This document shows positions 41,534-50,400 of a stretch of DNA of 64,000 nt, piece by piece. This DNA is from a virus (Duplodnaviria; Caudoviricetes), in IMG/VR virus record IMGVR_UViG_3300017721_001026, positions 89,809 through 153,808 of that record, one strand, 5' to 3'. The notes below the pieces were generated by a model. That model ran no database searches. It was not told where the DNA came from and saw only the letters and a list, made by a program, of their open reading frames with translations. Each line of letters opens with the position of its first letter. The first letter of the stretch is position 1. The position numbers were made by a program, and so were the translations under genes.

Positions 41534-42247
41534 CTATGCGAAAAAAGACGCTAGACCCTCAAGTACAACTTCACTTTCAACTTTAGTATTTGGATTTGTA
41601 ATCTTTACTGTATGAGTTAGTTTGGGCATACTAGTAAAGAAATCTTCAATCTTTTTAAATTGTGTTGAATTCATTTGCTCAACAAACTCCATAAGTTCTT
41701 TCTTAGTGCAGTTTGCAGCCTCCCAGACTTCATCTTCAGTATAAACTTTGTCAATACATGTTGTAATTAAATCAAAGGATCTATCTGCTTCACTTTCAGT
41801 ATCAAAGTTTTCTTTAACAAACTGTGCTAGAGACGGATATGCCATCTCAATCATAATATTATCATCCAATTTAATCTGAGTATCATGTCCCTTTTCTTTA
41901 TGGACTTCAATTTCTTCAACATTAATTTGAACAGTGACAGTACTCTGACCATCATCGGGACAAATTAGGTTAACCTCAATATCTTCTCCAACAGACTTTC
42001 CACGAATATTTAAAAATAGATATTCAATATCAAAAGTTGGAAGTTTTTCAACCTTAATACCTTTCGTTTTGATGCAGTTCTTAATGACAGTCTTCACTGC
42101 ATTACTAATCTGCTTTTGACTTTCAGTTTCCAATGCGTATAGGAGAACCTTTTCTTCTTTAACTAGAAATGGTCTATACTCAATCGTTTGTCCTGTTGAA
42201 GGTAGTTCCAACTCAAATGTTGGTGTAGCAATTGTTGGTAAAGGCAT
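41534..42247 (-). CDS. gp26: Baseplate hub assembly protein gp26-like
   Basis: MPLP...YRPFLVKEEKVLL...FDIEYLFLNIRGKSVGE...LEGLASFF. Confidence 0.9.
   Translation of the reverse strand: MPLPTIATPTFELELPSTGQTIEYRPFLVKEEKVLLYALETESQKQISNAVKTVIKNCIKTKGIKVEKLPTFDIEYLFLNIRGKSVGEDIEVNLICPDDGQSTVTVQINVEEIEVHKEKGHDTQIKLDDNIMIEMAYPSLAQFVKENFDTESEADRSFDLITTCIDKVYTEDEVWEAANCTKKELMEFVEQMNSTQFKKIEDFFTSMPKLTHTVKITNPNTKVESEVVLEGLASFFA
41540..41546 (-). promoter_or_regulatory. Candidate -1 ribosomal slippery heptamer T TTT TTC
   Basis: In correct phase at the end of gp26; the -1 frame is open into gp51; hairpin 7 nt downstream. Confidence 0.65.
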
Positions 42248-42273
42248 AATAATCCAATAAAAAATTCAGGTTG

Positions 42274-42280
42274 TATTTAT
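42274..42280 (-). promoter_or_regulatory. Late promoter motif (ATAAATA)
   Basis: Upstream of gp26. Confidence 0.55.
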
Positions 42281-42298
42281 TTATTCTAGTTCTACGAA

Positions 42299-42928
42299 TC
42301 ATGTAGTAGAAGAATAATATTTTTGATAATCCATTGTCACAGTCATCGTTAGTAAATCAGTTGCTCCCTGAGAAATTGGCATACTATTAATAGATGATGG
42401 AAATGCATTTATAAATTTATAGTTTAATGTTTTCTTCTTTGATGGGGTTGAAGAAAAAGTATCTTTTTCATACTTAATAATGTTTAAATTTGACATATAT
42501 TCATCTGTAAAGGGAACTCTATAACTTTGCCTTGCTTCCTCTCTATTATATTCTTCACTACTCTCTCCACCAATATATCCCATCCATCCCTCAAACATTC
42601 TTAAGAGAGTATACTCCCTATCAATAGCAAAAGTAAAATCAATTTTACCGTCAAATTGTCTACGGTATGCGTGCCTCTCAGTAATTCCAGAATAATCATT
42701 TGTAATTTCATGAGTTGCAAGACTAGATCCTGGCAATGTGGTATCTATACAAGCAATTTCTATTAAATTTTGAACTTGTGATGAAGTAACCCCGTATTTA
42801 TTTCTTACATGATCTCCTATTCTGCTGGGTAGTGTAAAAAATACTTGATAAAAATTAGTGGATGCATAATTACCCATCCTGGCTTTAACATCAGCCATAC
42901 TAAATTTCTTTGGTCCAGTGTCTGCCAT
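42299..42928 (-). CDS. Tail-tube-fold protein (gp54/gp19-like)
   Basis: C..TTLPG.S, IDFTF.ID...FEGWM, YKFINAFP.SI, MTVTMDY. Confidence 0.7.
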   Translation of the reverse strand: MADTGPKKFSMADVKARMGNYASTNFYQVFFTLPSRIGDHVRNKYGVTSSQVQNLIEIACIDTTLPGSSLATHEITNDYSGITERHAYRRQFDGKIDFTFAIDREYTLLRMFEGWMGYIGGESSEEYNREEARQSYRVPFTDEYMSNLNIIKYEKDTFSSTPSKKKTLNYKFINAFPSSINSMPISQGATDLLTMTVTMDYQKYYSSTT

Positions 42929-42933
42929 TACAC

Positions 42934-42941
42934 TATAAATA
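42934..42941 (+). promoter_or_regulatory. T4 late promoter TATAAATA
   Basis: Exact T4 consensus 30 nt upstream of gp4. Confidence 0.75.
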
Positions 42942-42970
42942 AAGATACTTTGTTATACTATGTATAAGAG

Positions 42971-43420
42971 ATGTCGAAAAGCATCAAGAGTAGATTTAAA
43001 CCTTCAAACACTCAAAAGTATGTGGGTGATGTAAATAATATAATTTGTAGAAGTTCATGGGAAAGGAGATTCTGCAATTGGTGTGATACTAATGAAAGTA
43101 TTTTAGAATGGGGTAGTGAAGAGTTTTGGATACCATATCGTTCTCCCGTTGATAATCGAGTTCATAAATACTTTCCAGATTTTTTCGTTAAGGTTCGTGA
43201 AAAAAATGGAATAGTTAAAAAGTATGTCATTGAAGTAAAACCACATAAGCAAACACAACAACCTAATCCAAAACCAAAACGTAAAACTAAATCATGGTTG
43301 TATGAAGTAAAAACATACGCAGTAAACCAAGCAAAATGGAGAGCAGCAACAGAATTTTGTGCTGATCGTTTACTTGAATTTAAAATCATAACAGAAAACG
43401 AACTTGGCATTAAGAGATGA
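42971..43420 (+). CDS. gp4: Head completion nuclease gp4
   Basis: KYVGD..NIICRSSWE, WGSEE..IPY.SP.D...H.YFPDF, IEVKP, NQAKW.AA. Confidence 0.93.
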   Translation: MSKSIKSRFKPSNTQKYVGDVNNIICRSSWERRFCNWCDTNESILEWGSEEFWIPYRSPVDNRVHKYFPDFFVKVREKNGIVKKYVIEVKPHKQTQQPNPKPKRKTKSWLYEVKTYAVNQAKWRAATEFCADRLLEFKIITENELGIKR

Positions 43421-43764
43421 ACCGCACTGCAGAATTAGGAGAACTAATCGATACCTTTTCTGATCCCGATGATTACATGACTGCGATTCTTGAAGTGTTT
43501 ACTGAGTCTGATTATATTCCAGAAGCAGGAAATTACTATACATTTGTTTATCTTGCAAAAACCCCCAAAATTATTTACGATCAACATCCATTGATTGCAT
43601 GTACTTCTATTCAGTCTTGGGGATTTACTGGTTTGAACTTTCATTTAAGTATGCCAAGACGATATACTTGGCAAGAAGTTATTGGTAAAGTTCATCGAGT
43701 ATATAATGAAGAGATTGAATATATGAAATCTATACCGTATCAAAAAACGATCCTAAATAGCTAG
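43417..43764 (+). CDS. gp2: DNA end protector gp2-like (short)
   Basis: YYTFVY.AKT...YDQHPLI...GFTGLNFH. Confidence 0.7.
   Translation: MNRTAELGELIDTFSDPDDYMTAILEVFTESDYIPEAGNYYTFVYLAKTPKIIYDQHPLIACTSIQSWGFTGLNFHLSMPRRYTWQEVIGKVHRVYNEEIEYMKSIPYQKTILNS
43753..43759 (+). promoter_or_regulatory. Late promoter motif (CTAAATA)
   Basis: 23 nt upstream of gp48. Confidence 0.5.
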
Positions 43765-43781
43765 ATAATAGCATCTACTAG

Positions 43782-45227
43782 ATGGCATACAAAGATAAAA
43801 AAGAACATACTCTTGAACTTAAAATCGATGTGTCCAAGGGTAGTAAAGTTCAAAATAAAATCTATAAAGTACCAGTTATCTACAAGTTTCCTTCTACGGA
43901 AGAAGAACTTGTAAAGAATGGTGGTGGGTATGATATTTTTACTCTTGTTGATGGAGTAGAGACGAAAATTGGTGAGGGTGGTGCAATTAATAATGATGGA
44001 AAAGTTAGTATTACTGATCAAGATTCATTTCTAAAGTCTGTAAAGGCATTGCCTGGTGGTAATAGTGTAACCGATACAAACTTAAATTTTTCTATGGCAA
44101 ATGGTGGATCTGATAATCTTAAGAAGAATGGTCAAGAAAAAAGAAATAGTAATCTAAGTCCAAAAAGCCAAGGAGAGTTGGCAACGACTTTTAATATGAC
44201 TCCCAAGCAACAGGAAGCACAAGGATTATCCAATAATGTTAGTGATTTAAATACTCCACAAACTGAACCCAGTGCTGTGGATGCAGCAAGTACATCTACA
44301 TCAGCAGAAGAAACAACACCCACACCTCTCAGCACTTCTGCTTTGAAATTTAAGACAAAATCTCAGCAATTTGGAACTGCATTAGTTTTTCCACAAAATT
44401 TATTGGACTTAAAGGCACAAGATTATATTAAATTTAGAACTTATCGTTACATCCCACAAACATTTAAGAAGTCAGAATTTGGATTCACTGAACAGACTAC
44501 AAAGACCCTAGGAACACCAGAAGGAACTTGCTACTTACCAGTATCTAACGGTCCAAAAGATGCTAATAGTGTAAGTTGGAGTGACAATAAAGTAAATCCA
44601 TTACAATCAGCAGCATTTGAAGCAGCTTACACTGCCATTGCTAGTAATAATCTAAATGAGCTCGGTGGTGTATTCAATAAAGCAAGAAATACTCTTGCTG
44701 GTAAAAATGAAGAGATCAAGAAGTTTGTTGCGACACAGATGGCTCAAAAAGCAGCTGGTGTCCAAGGTATGTTAAGCAGAACCAGTGGTGCTATCCTAAA
44801 TCCAAATATGGTTCTGCTATTTTCAAATCCAGAGTTAAGGAATTTTTCATTCAATTTTGAATTACGTGCAAGAACCAGAGATGAAGGGCAAACGATTAAA
44901 AGAATAATTAGATTGTTTAAACAATCAATGACAGTAAGAAAGGAAAACACAAATCTCTTCTTGCTAGCACCTAATGTCTTTTCAATTTCTTATCATCATG
45001 GTACAGTTGATGGTAATACAGATGATCATCATAAATCAATTGGAAAAATAAAAATTTGTGCTCTTACGAATATTGGTATTGATTATGCTCCTGATGGGAG
45101 TTATATGACTTTTGATGACCCCGAAGCAACAATGACAGCATATTCTATGCAATTACAATTTAGTGAACTTGAACCAGTTTACTATGATGATTATGCAGAA
45201 ATTCCCGCAGACGAAATAGGATTCTAA
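43782..45227 (+). CDS. gp48: Baseplate tail-tube cap gp48
   Basis: ILNPNMVLLF..PELRNFSFNF...I..IIRLFK; CALTNI.IDYAPDG; MQLQFSELEP. Confidence 0.88.
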   Translation: MAYKDKKEHTLELKIDVSKGSKVQNKIYKVPVIYKFPSTEEELVKNGGGYDIFTLVDGVETKIGEGGAINNDGKVSITDQDSFLKSVKALPGGNSVTDTNLNFSMANGGSDNLKKNGQEKRNSNLSPKSQGELATTFNMTPKQQEAQGLSNNVSDLNTPQTEPSAVDAASTSTSAEETTPTPLSTSALKFKTKSQQFGTALVFPQNLLDLKAQDYIKFRTYRYIPQTFKKSEFGFTEQTTKTLGTPEGTCYLPVSNGPKDANSVSWSDNKVNPLQSAAFEAAYTAIASNNLNELGGVFNKARNTLAGKNEEIKKFVATQMAQKAAGVQGMLSRTSGAILNPNMVLLFSNPELRNFSFNFELRARTRDEGQTIKRIIRLFKQSMTVRKENTNLFLLAPNVFSISYHHGTVDGNTDDHHKSIGKIKICALTNIGIDYAPDGSYMTFDDPEATMTAYSMQLQFSELEPVYYDDYAEIPADEIGF

Positions 45228-45229
45228 TT

Positions 45230-45883
45230 ATGTCAAACTATTTTAAGAGACTACCAAACATAAATTATCAAAATCTTTTGGAGTTAAATTCTCCTGGATT
45301 GCAGAACGAAAACAAAAATCTTTTTAGGAGAGCAAAACTTAGAGAAGATATTGCAGATAAAGCAATCTTCTTTGAGGATTACTTTATTATTGGTGATGAA
45401 AGACCAGATAATGTTGCATTTAAAGTCTATGATGATTCTGACTTAGATTGGGTTATTTTAATTAGCAATAATATACTAAACATCCAGGAAGAATGGCCAT
45501 TGAGTACGGCAGTATATAATGAATATCTATTGGAAAAGTATGGAACTTATGAGGCAATCTATGAAATACATCATTACGAGTCTAAACTAATAAAAAATAC
45601 TGATGGAGTAACAGTTTTACCAAAGGGACTTATTATAGATGAAAACTATAAAGTTGAATATTATGATGAAAGTTTAGATCAACATGTAACTCTAGAGGAT
45701 TGTTCTTCAGAAGTAACGAATTTTATGTATGAAGAGAGAATTCAAGAACAAAAAAGAACAATTAAAATCTTAAAACCAAAATACTTAAACGTCGTATTTG
45801 AAGACATTCAAGAAATTATGACATATAAAAAAGGTTCCACTGGTTTTATCAGTGAAACCCTTAAAAATACAGAATCTATTTAA
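45230..45883 (+). CDS. gp53: Baseplate wedge subunit gp53
   Basis: YFKRLPNI.Y, ERPDNVA..VYDDS.LDWVILI.N, EWPL, IHHYE. Confidence 0.92.
   Translation: MSNYFKRLPNINYQNLLELNSPGLQNENKNLFRRAKLREDIADKAIFFEDYFIIGDERPDNVAFKVYDDSDLDWVILISNNILNIQEEWPLSTAVYNEYLLEKYGTYEAIYEIHHYESKLIKNTDGVTVLPKGLIIDENYKVEYYDESLDQHVTLEDCSSEVTNFMYEERIQEQKRTIKILKPKYLNVVFEDIQEIMTYKKGSTGFISETLKNTESI
45827..45859 (-). terminator. Rho-independent terminator for gp32, inside the gp53 3' end
   Basis: GGTTTCACTG-ATAAAAC-CAGTGGAACC-TTTTTT on the minus strand. Confidence 0.7.
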
Positions 45884-45891
45884 GTATTAGA

Positions 45892-46821
45892 TTACTCTTC
45901 TTCAGCAAGTTTTTGGAAGAATGAGAGTGCATCATCCTCTTCTGTGGTTGTTTCCAGAGAAGGTTCAGGTGCAGGAGTTGGAGCAGAATTGAACTTGGGG
46001 GTGAAAGAAGTTTCTTCACCACGATTCTGACGACGGAACTCTTCTTCTTCCTCTACAGTTTCTTGATCTTGGAAACGAGGAGTGCCTTTGTTACCTAGAA
46101 CATAGTCAAGACGCTTCTTTAGATCCTCATAAGTCTTGAACTGGTCTGCTGCAACTAATGCGGAGAGTGAATACTCTCTTTTCCAGAGTGCTTCTAGTGC
46201 ATCGTCGTCATCAAGAAGAGGACTGACACGATCAAACTCAGAAGAATCATAGTTCCAGTAACCTGCAACCTTCTTGATCTTCAGTTTGAAGTTAGCACCC
46301 TGCCAGAAATCGAAGGGATTGATGGGTTGCTCGTCTTCAAATTCTGGTTGCATTGCTGCCATGATCTTATCAAAGATCTTCTTACCAAACTTATAGAGGA
46401 AGACTTGACCTTCGTTAGAAGGATTTGCAGTATCTTTTACAACATAGATGTTGGCATAATATGACAGTTTACGTTTTTGCTTACGAACAGTTTCCTTATC
46501 TGCTTCATTACCACTGTTCCAGAGTTCACGATTATACTCTGATACAGGATCTTTACCACCATTTGTAGTCAGTGAGTTCTCAATAAACCAACCACCAGGA
46601 CCTTGGAAGGCATGGGAATACATCTTTGCCCATGGGAGTTCTTCTCCATCTGGTGCAGGCAAGAAACGGATTACAGCATAACCATTACCAGACTTATCTA
46701 GTTCTGGTTTCCAGAGACGGTCATCTCCACCACTCTTGGTGCTCATTTTTTCTACTTCCCTGACCAGTTTAGATGTCAGAGAACCAAGAGATGATTGCTT
46801 TTTAAGATTTGAAAAGGACAT
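45892..46821 (-). CDS. gp32: Single-stranded DNA-binding protein gp32
   Basis: DDRLWK..DKSGNGYAVIRFLPA, HAFQGPGGW.IEN, YKFGKKIFDKI, GANFKLKI; acidic tail. Confidence 0.97.
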   Translation of the reverse strand: MSFSNLKKQSSLGSLTSKLVREVEKMSTKSGGDDRLWKPELDKSGNGYAVIRFLPAPDGEELPWAKMYSHAFQGPGGWFIENSLTTNGGKDPVSEYNRELWNSGNEADKETVRKQKRKLSYYANIYVVKDTANPSNEGQVFLYKFGKKIFDKIMAAMQPEFEDEQPINPFDFWQGANFKLKIKKVAGYWNYDSSEFDRVSPLLDDDDALEALWKREYSLSALVAADQFKTYEDLKKRLDYVLGNKGTPRFQDQETVEEEEEFRRQNRGEETSFTPKFNSAPTPAPEPSLETTTEEDDALSFFQKLAEEE

Positions 46822-46866
46822 TCGGATTACCTCGGTTTGTTTGTATTGTGGCTTGTGTGCTCTGCC

Positions 46867-46895
46867 ATTATAGCAGGCATTTTATTTAGTGTCAA
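46867..46895 (-). promoter_or_regulatory. Early promoter with an embedded late motif, driving gp32
   Basis: TTGACA-ctaaataaaatgcctgc(17)-TATAAT. Confidence 0.85.
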
Positions 46896-47230
46896 TCGAT
46901 TTCCCTGAGTAATTCCTCTTTGAGATTACCAACCAACGTAGTCATATTAGCAAAGAGTGCGTTCATGTCAACATCTTCGGGAAGACCCATCATTGTTGCA
47001 GAATCCTGAATTCTTAATTTCATATTCAGTGCATCTGGATCATCTGATAACGCAAGTCTCATATAAAGAATCTTTTGCTTCTCCATAAGCATCTCAAGAT
47101 CACTAATATGCTTAAGTTTACCATCTCTATCTAAACTTGGAAAGACGAACACATTTGAATAAACTTTTTCCTGTAATTTAGAGATTTCATCCATCTCACT
47201 CTGTACAAGTTCAGATTCAAAGAAAGTCAT
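46892..47230 (-). CDS. Conserved cyanophage hypothetical protein
   Basis: 112 aa; FFESELV...KQKILY.RL.LSDDPDA. Confidence 0.75.
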   Translation of the reverse strand: MTFFESELVQSEMDEISKLQEKVYSNVFVFPSLDRDGKLKHISDLEMLMEKQKILYMRLALSDDPDALNMKLRIQDSATMMGLPEDVDMNALFANMTTLVGNLKEELLREID

Positions 47231-47823
47231 AAAACTATCTCCTTTAAGATTTTTTTGTATTTAAAGACATCGATATTTAGAAAGGGAATATACTTTTTGA
47301 TTCGTAGACTGGTCAATTCCCATACTGGATCCTTCAGAGACTTATCAAAGTGCTTCTTGTAACCTAAGATTTTTTCCAAAATTACTAGTGATTCGATAGA
47401 AATGTCACCACACAAATGCTTCTTTAGGATGATTGGATGACCTTTCTCTACGGAAAATAATGAATCAAAGTCTTTATTCTCAAGAAGACTTTGAACTTCC
47501 TCTCGGAAAACGTATGATAGAGATTGATTCCTCTTCTGCCACTTAGTATAGTTTGTTTGACCAGAACGAATAATTTCACCTATCCATAGAGTTTGTGGAT
47601 CATCACAAGAAATGAAGTTAGAAACAAAAAAGTCTCTAACTTCATTATCATCTTTCTGTCTAGAAATTTTTTCAAACCAATATCTATCTTTCCTCTTGTA
47701 AAAGGAATTTAGAGTTGCTCTAGTCTTTCCACAATATTTGTGATAATCGAAACTATCTTTTGTGAAATGATTCTTTAGAGCAACATAAGTTTTATAACAA
47801 TCAAATGGAGTCATCTTTATCAT
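47227..47823 (-). CDS. gp59: Helicase loader gp59
   Basis: YKTYVALKNHFT...DYHKY.GK...SFYKRKDRYWFEK. Confidence 0.9.
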   Translation of the reverse strand: MIKMTPFDCYKTYVALKNHFTKDSFDYHKYCGKTRATLNSFYKRKDRYWFEKISRQKDDNEVRDFFVSNFISCDDPQTLWIGEIIRSGQTNYTKWQKRNQSLSYVFREEVQSLLENKDFDSLFSVEKGHPIILKKHLCGDISIESLVILEKILGYKKHFDKSLKDPVWELTSLRIKKYIPFLNIDVFKYKKILKEIVL

Positions 47824-47900
47824 TTTATAAAAAACCCTACGCGTAAAAAATTCTGGGGATTTTTTTTCGACCTTTTTTGGAATTAAAAGTCGATTTTCAA
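47824..47900. repeat. Dispersed A/T-tract element, copy 2
   Basis: aaaaaattctggggattttttttcgaccttttttggaattaaaa; similar to 28716-28790. Confidence 0.7.
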
Positions 47901-48190
47901 ATTGAGAGTTTAGCTCTACTAGTTCTCTTTAGGAAGTTAAGTTCCATTGCTTCGTATTTAATTTTTTCTTTTAACGGTTTCGAGATTAGTTTGGGAATAG
48001 ATTCAACATCTATCTTATTAAGTTCGCAAAAATGCATTACACTATCAATGTAACTCATATCAGAATTCTTGGTGTAGATTTCTTCAATATCCTGTGACAC
48101 TTTTGCCTGAGAATAGAATTTATTTTCTAGTTCCTTATTTAACTCTTCGTTTTCTTTCTTCGGCATAACATCGGAAAAGATCGATAACAT
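47897..48190 (-). CDS. gp33: Late transcription coactivator gp33
   Basis: SYIDSV..FCE.N.ID.ES..KLISKPLKEKI..EA.ELNFL. Confidence 0.9.
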   Translation of the reverse strand: MLSIFSDVMPKKENEELNKELENKFYSQAKVSQDIEEIYTKNSDMSYIDSVMHFCELNKIDVESIPKLISKPLKEKIKYEAMELNFLKRTSRAKLSI

Positions 48191-48214
48191 ATAATAAAAT
48201 TAGTTCATTTGTAA

Positions 48215-48243
48215 ATTATAACATTAGACGCACTAAAGGTCAA
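48215..48243 (-). promoter_or_regulatory. Early promoter
   Basis: TTGACC-17 nt-TATAAT upstream of gp33. Confidence 0.8.
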
Positions 48244-48947
48244 GAAAGTTTATCTTCGACAAACTTTTTAATATACTTAGCTAATAGACGAATATATTTT
48301 TCTTTATTGTACTCTTCGTATACTTCCACTTCACCGTTCTCACATGACATAATGATTACGAATTTTTTGACTGATAGACCAGTCAACTCATGAAGCATAC
48401 ATGCATATGCACAGCACTGCACAAAGTAGTTTTCGATCCAATCTCTAGGTTTGGGTTTCTTAGATGTCTTGAAGTCTATAATCGAAAGCTCACCGTCAAA
48501 CTCTGCAATACAATCGACGGTTCCTGCAATACCTAAGTACTGACTATATAGGGACCTTTCAAGAGCGTAAATATTATTTATTCTCTTAAGATCATTCTTT
48601 GCAAGTAGATATAGAAACTCTGATAATGGTTGTACGGAACCAGAAGGCATCTCTTCATTGCGAAGGAAGTTCTCTACAAGTGTGTGCATGTCAGTACCAC
48701 GACTTGTAGATTGTTTGGTTACTTTATTAGCTTCTGCTTCACCAACTCTCTTCCTCCACTTTACAAAAATTTCACGATTGAAGTGACTGGTGATTGAGGT
48801 GACAGATACTAACTTGAGTGGACCTTCATGAGATGGTACAGTATAATACCTAACACCGTCAATGGTTTCTCTACTTAGTTCTGGTAGATCAATATCGATG
48901 TGATTAAACATTGTGGAAAGGGCATTTTTTTCTGGCATCTTTATCAA
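48240..48947 (-). CDS. PD-(D/E)XK exonuclease (likely start about 48911)
   Basis: SVTSI, WRKRVG, RGT.MH, AGTVDCIAE.DG..SIIDFKTS, YFVQ..AY. Confidence 0.9.
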   Translation of the reverse strand: MIKMPEKNALSTMFNHIDIDLPELSRETIDGVRYYTVPSHEGPLKLVSVTSITSHFNREIFVKWRKRVGEAEANKVTKQSTSRGTDMHTLVENFLRNEEMPSGSVQPLSEFLYLLAKNDLKRINNIYALERSLYSQYLGIAGTVDCIAEFDGELSIIDFKTSKKPKPRDWIENYFVQCCAYACMLHELTGLSVKKFVIIMSCENGEVEVYEEYNKEKYIRLLAKYIKKFVEDKLS

Positions 48948-49641
48948 ATAAAATTGTATTCATAAACTTACGATCACTAACAAGTATGTCTCTTCGATTA
49001 TCAAATGAATCTAAAAATTCTTCTGATGCTTTTTTCTTTTCGAGTGTGAATTTATCGTTCATATTTTCACTATAAAATCTAATCCTAAAAAGAGGATCTC
49101 CTTTTTCAATATAAAGATCTTCACAACCATCCTGCAACTTAATTGCAAGAGATATAATTCTAGGATGACTTCCCAGATTCCACCATCCACCAATAGCAAT
49201 AAAGTTATTGTTTAGTGCAGTCTCTGGATGATCTAACATCTCAAACCAAACATATTCATTATCAAAGTCTGTCCAGAAATGAGAATTAGGAAACTTTAAC
49301 TGAAGTACAGGTTGATCTTGATCTTGAATATCACTAAGAACACAATAGATATTATCATCGATGAAATCATCTTCTTCATTACCTAAAGAATCTAATCCAG
49401 CATTGAAATCTTCCATATCGATTTCAACAACATCCTCATCATCAAGTTTATATTGAAGTATATTCTCATCCAAACCCATTCTAAATGTACATGGTGAATA
49501 TCCAACGAATGTCCTATTATGTCTATGTTTCCAAACAGGACATTCACTATAAGTATAGTTACTGTGTACTGATGAATTTTCTAAGTTAATAGTTGCTTCT
49601 TCAAAAAAGTTTTCTGGACAATAATATACTTTATAACTCAT
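48904..49641 (-). CDS. Acidic hypothetical protein
   Basis: 245 aa; ECPVW, GGWWNLG..PR, IEKGDPLFRIRF, KCPF end. Confidence 0.7.
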   Translation of the reverse strand: MSYKVYYCPENFFEEATINLENSSVHSNYTYSECPVWKHRHNRTFVGYSPCTFRMGLDENILQYKLDDEDVVEIDMEDFNAGLDSLGNEEDDFIDDNIYCVLSDIQDQDQPVLQLKFPNSHFWTDFDNEYVWFEMLDHPETALNNNFIAIGGWWNLGSHPRIISLAIKLQDGCEDLYIEKGDPLFRIRFYSENMNDKFTLEKKKASEEFLDSFDNRRDILVSDRKFMNTILFDKDARKKCPFHNV

Positions 49642-50399
49642 AGAATACCTAATTCATTCTTAGCAATGATGTATTCTCTACACAGACCAGATCTTACAAT
49701 ATCATCAGCATCAAACTCAACGATATCTACTGAAGGCATTTGCTCTAGGATTTTCATAAAGTCAACAATACCATTCTTCTCGTTAGTCTTTACCAAATCA
49801 CTTTGACTTGCATCACCGCAGAACATAATCTTACAGTTGTCACCAACTCGTGTAATAATACTATCGAGTTCATGATAGTTCAAGTTTTGAAATTCGTCAA
49901 TGACAAGAATAGAATTGTCAAATGTAGTACCACGAATGAATGATGTACTCCAAAAACTAACTGTTCCCTGAGTCTTTAGATTGCCATAGAGCATTTCAAA
50001 CTCAGCATCAGAAGGCATTTGGAACATGTACTTAACCATATTCTTATACGGAATCTGATAAAGATTAGATTTGTCATCATGATCTCCTGGAAGAAAACCA
50101 ATCTCTCTAGTTGCCACAAGAGATCTAATCACATACACCTTTTCGTATGGTGTAAATTGATCTAAAGCTTCTTTGATTGCATGATATAAGGTAATGAATG
50201 TTTTACCTGTACCAGCAGTTCCATAGGCAACAATGTGCTTCCCTTCCTTATAAGATTCAAACAACTTCTTCTGATTTTCAGTGAGTGGTTCGATATTTAA
50301 AAGGTGATCTGTATTGATTGGCTTCTTACCTTTAAGTGCTTGACGATGATACTCCGAATTAATACCAACGTTATTGTTGTTTCTTTTTCTTCTAGCCAT
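49638..50399 (-). CDS. phoH: PhoH-family ATPase
   Basis: GTAGTGKT, REIGFLPG, FIRGTT, IDEFQN, ITRVG, GD..QSDL, DIVRSG. Confidence 0.96.
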   Translation of the reverse strand: MARRKRNNNNVGINSEYHRQALKGKKPINTDHLLNIEPLTENQKKLFESYKEGKHIVAYGTAGTGKTFITLYHAIKEALDQFTPYEKVYVIRSLVATREIGFLPGDHDDKSNLYQIPYKNMVKYMFQMPSDAEFEMLYGNLKTQGTVSFWSTSFIRGTTFDNSILVIDEFQNLNYHELDSIITRVGDNCKIMFCGDASQSDLVKTNEKNGIVDFMKILEQMPSVDIVEFDADDIVRSGLCREYIIAKNELGIL

Positions 50400-50400
50400 A

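Noticed and set aside
48240-48947. Cas4/CRISPR system
   Set aside because: Ordinary T4-like PD-(D/E)XK exonuclease without a four-Cys cluster; no repeat-spacer array seen anywhere in the window.
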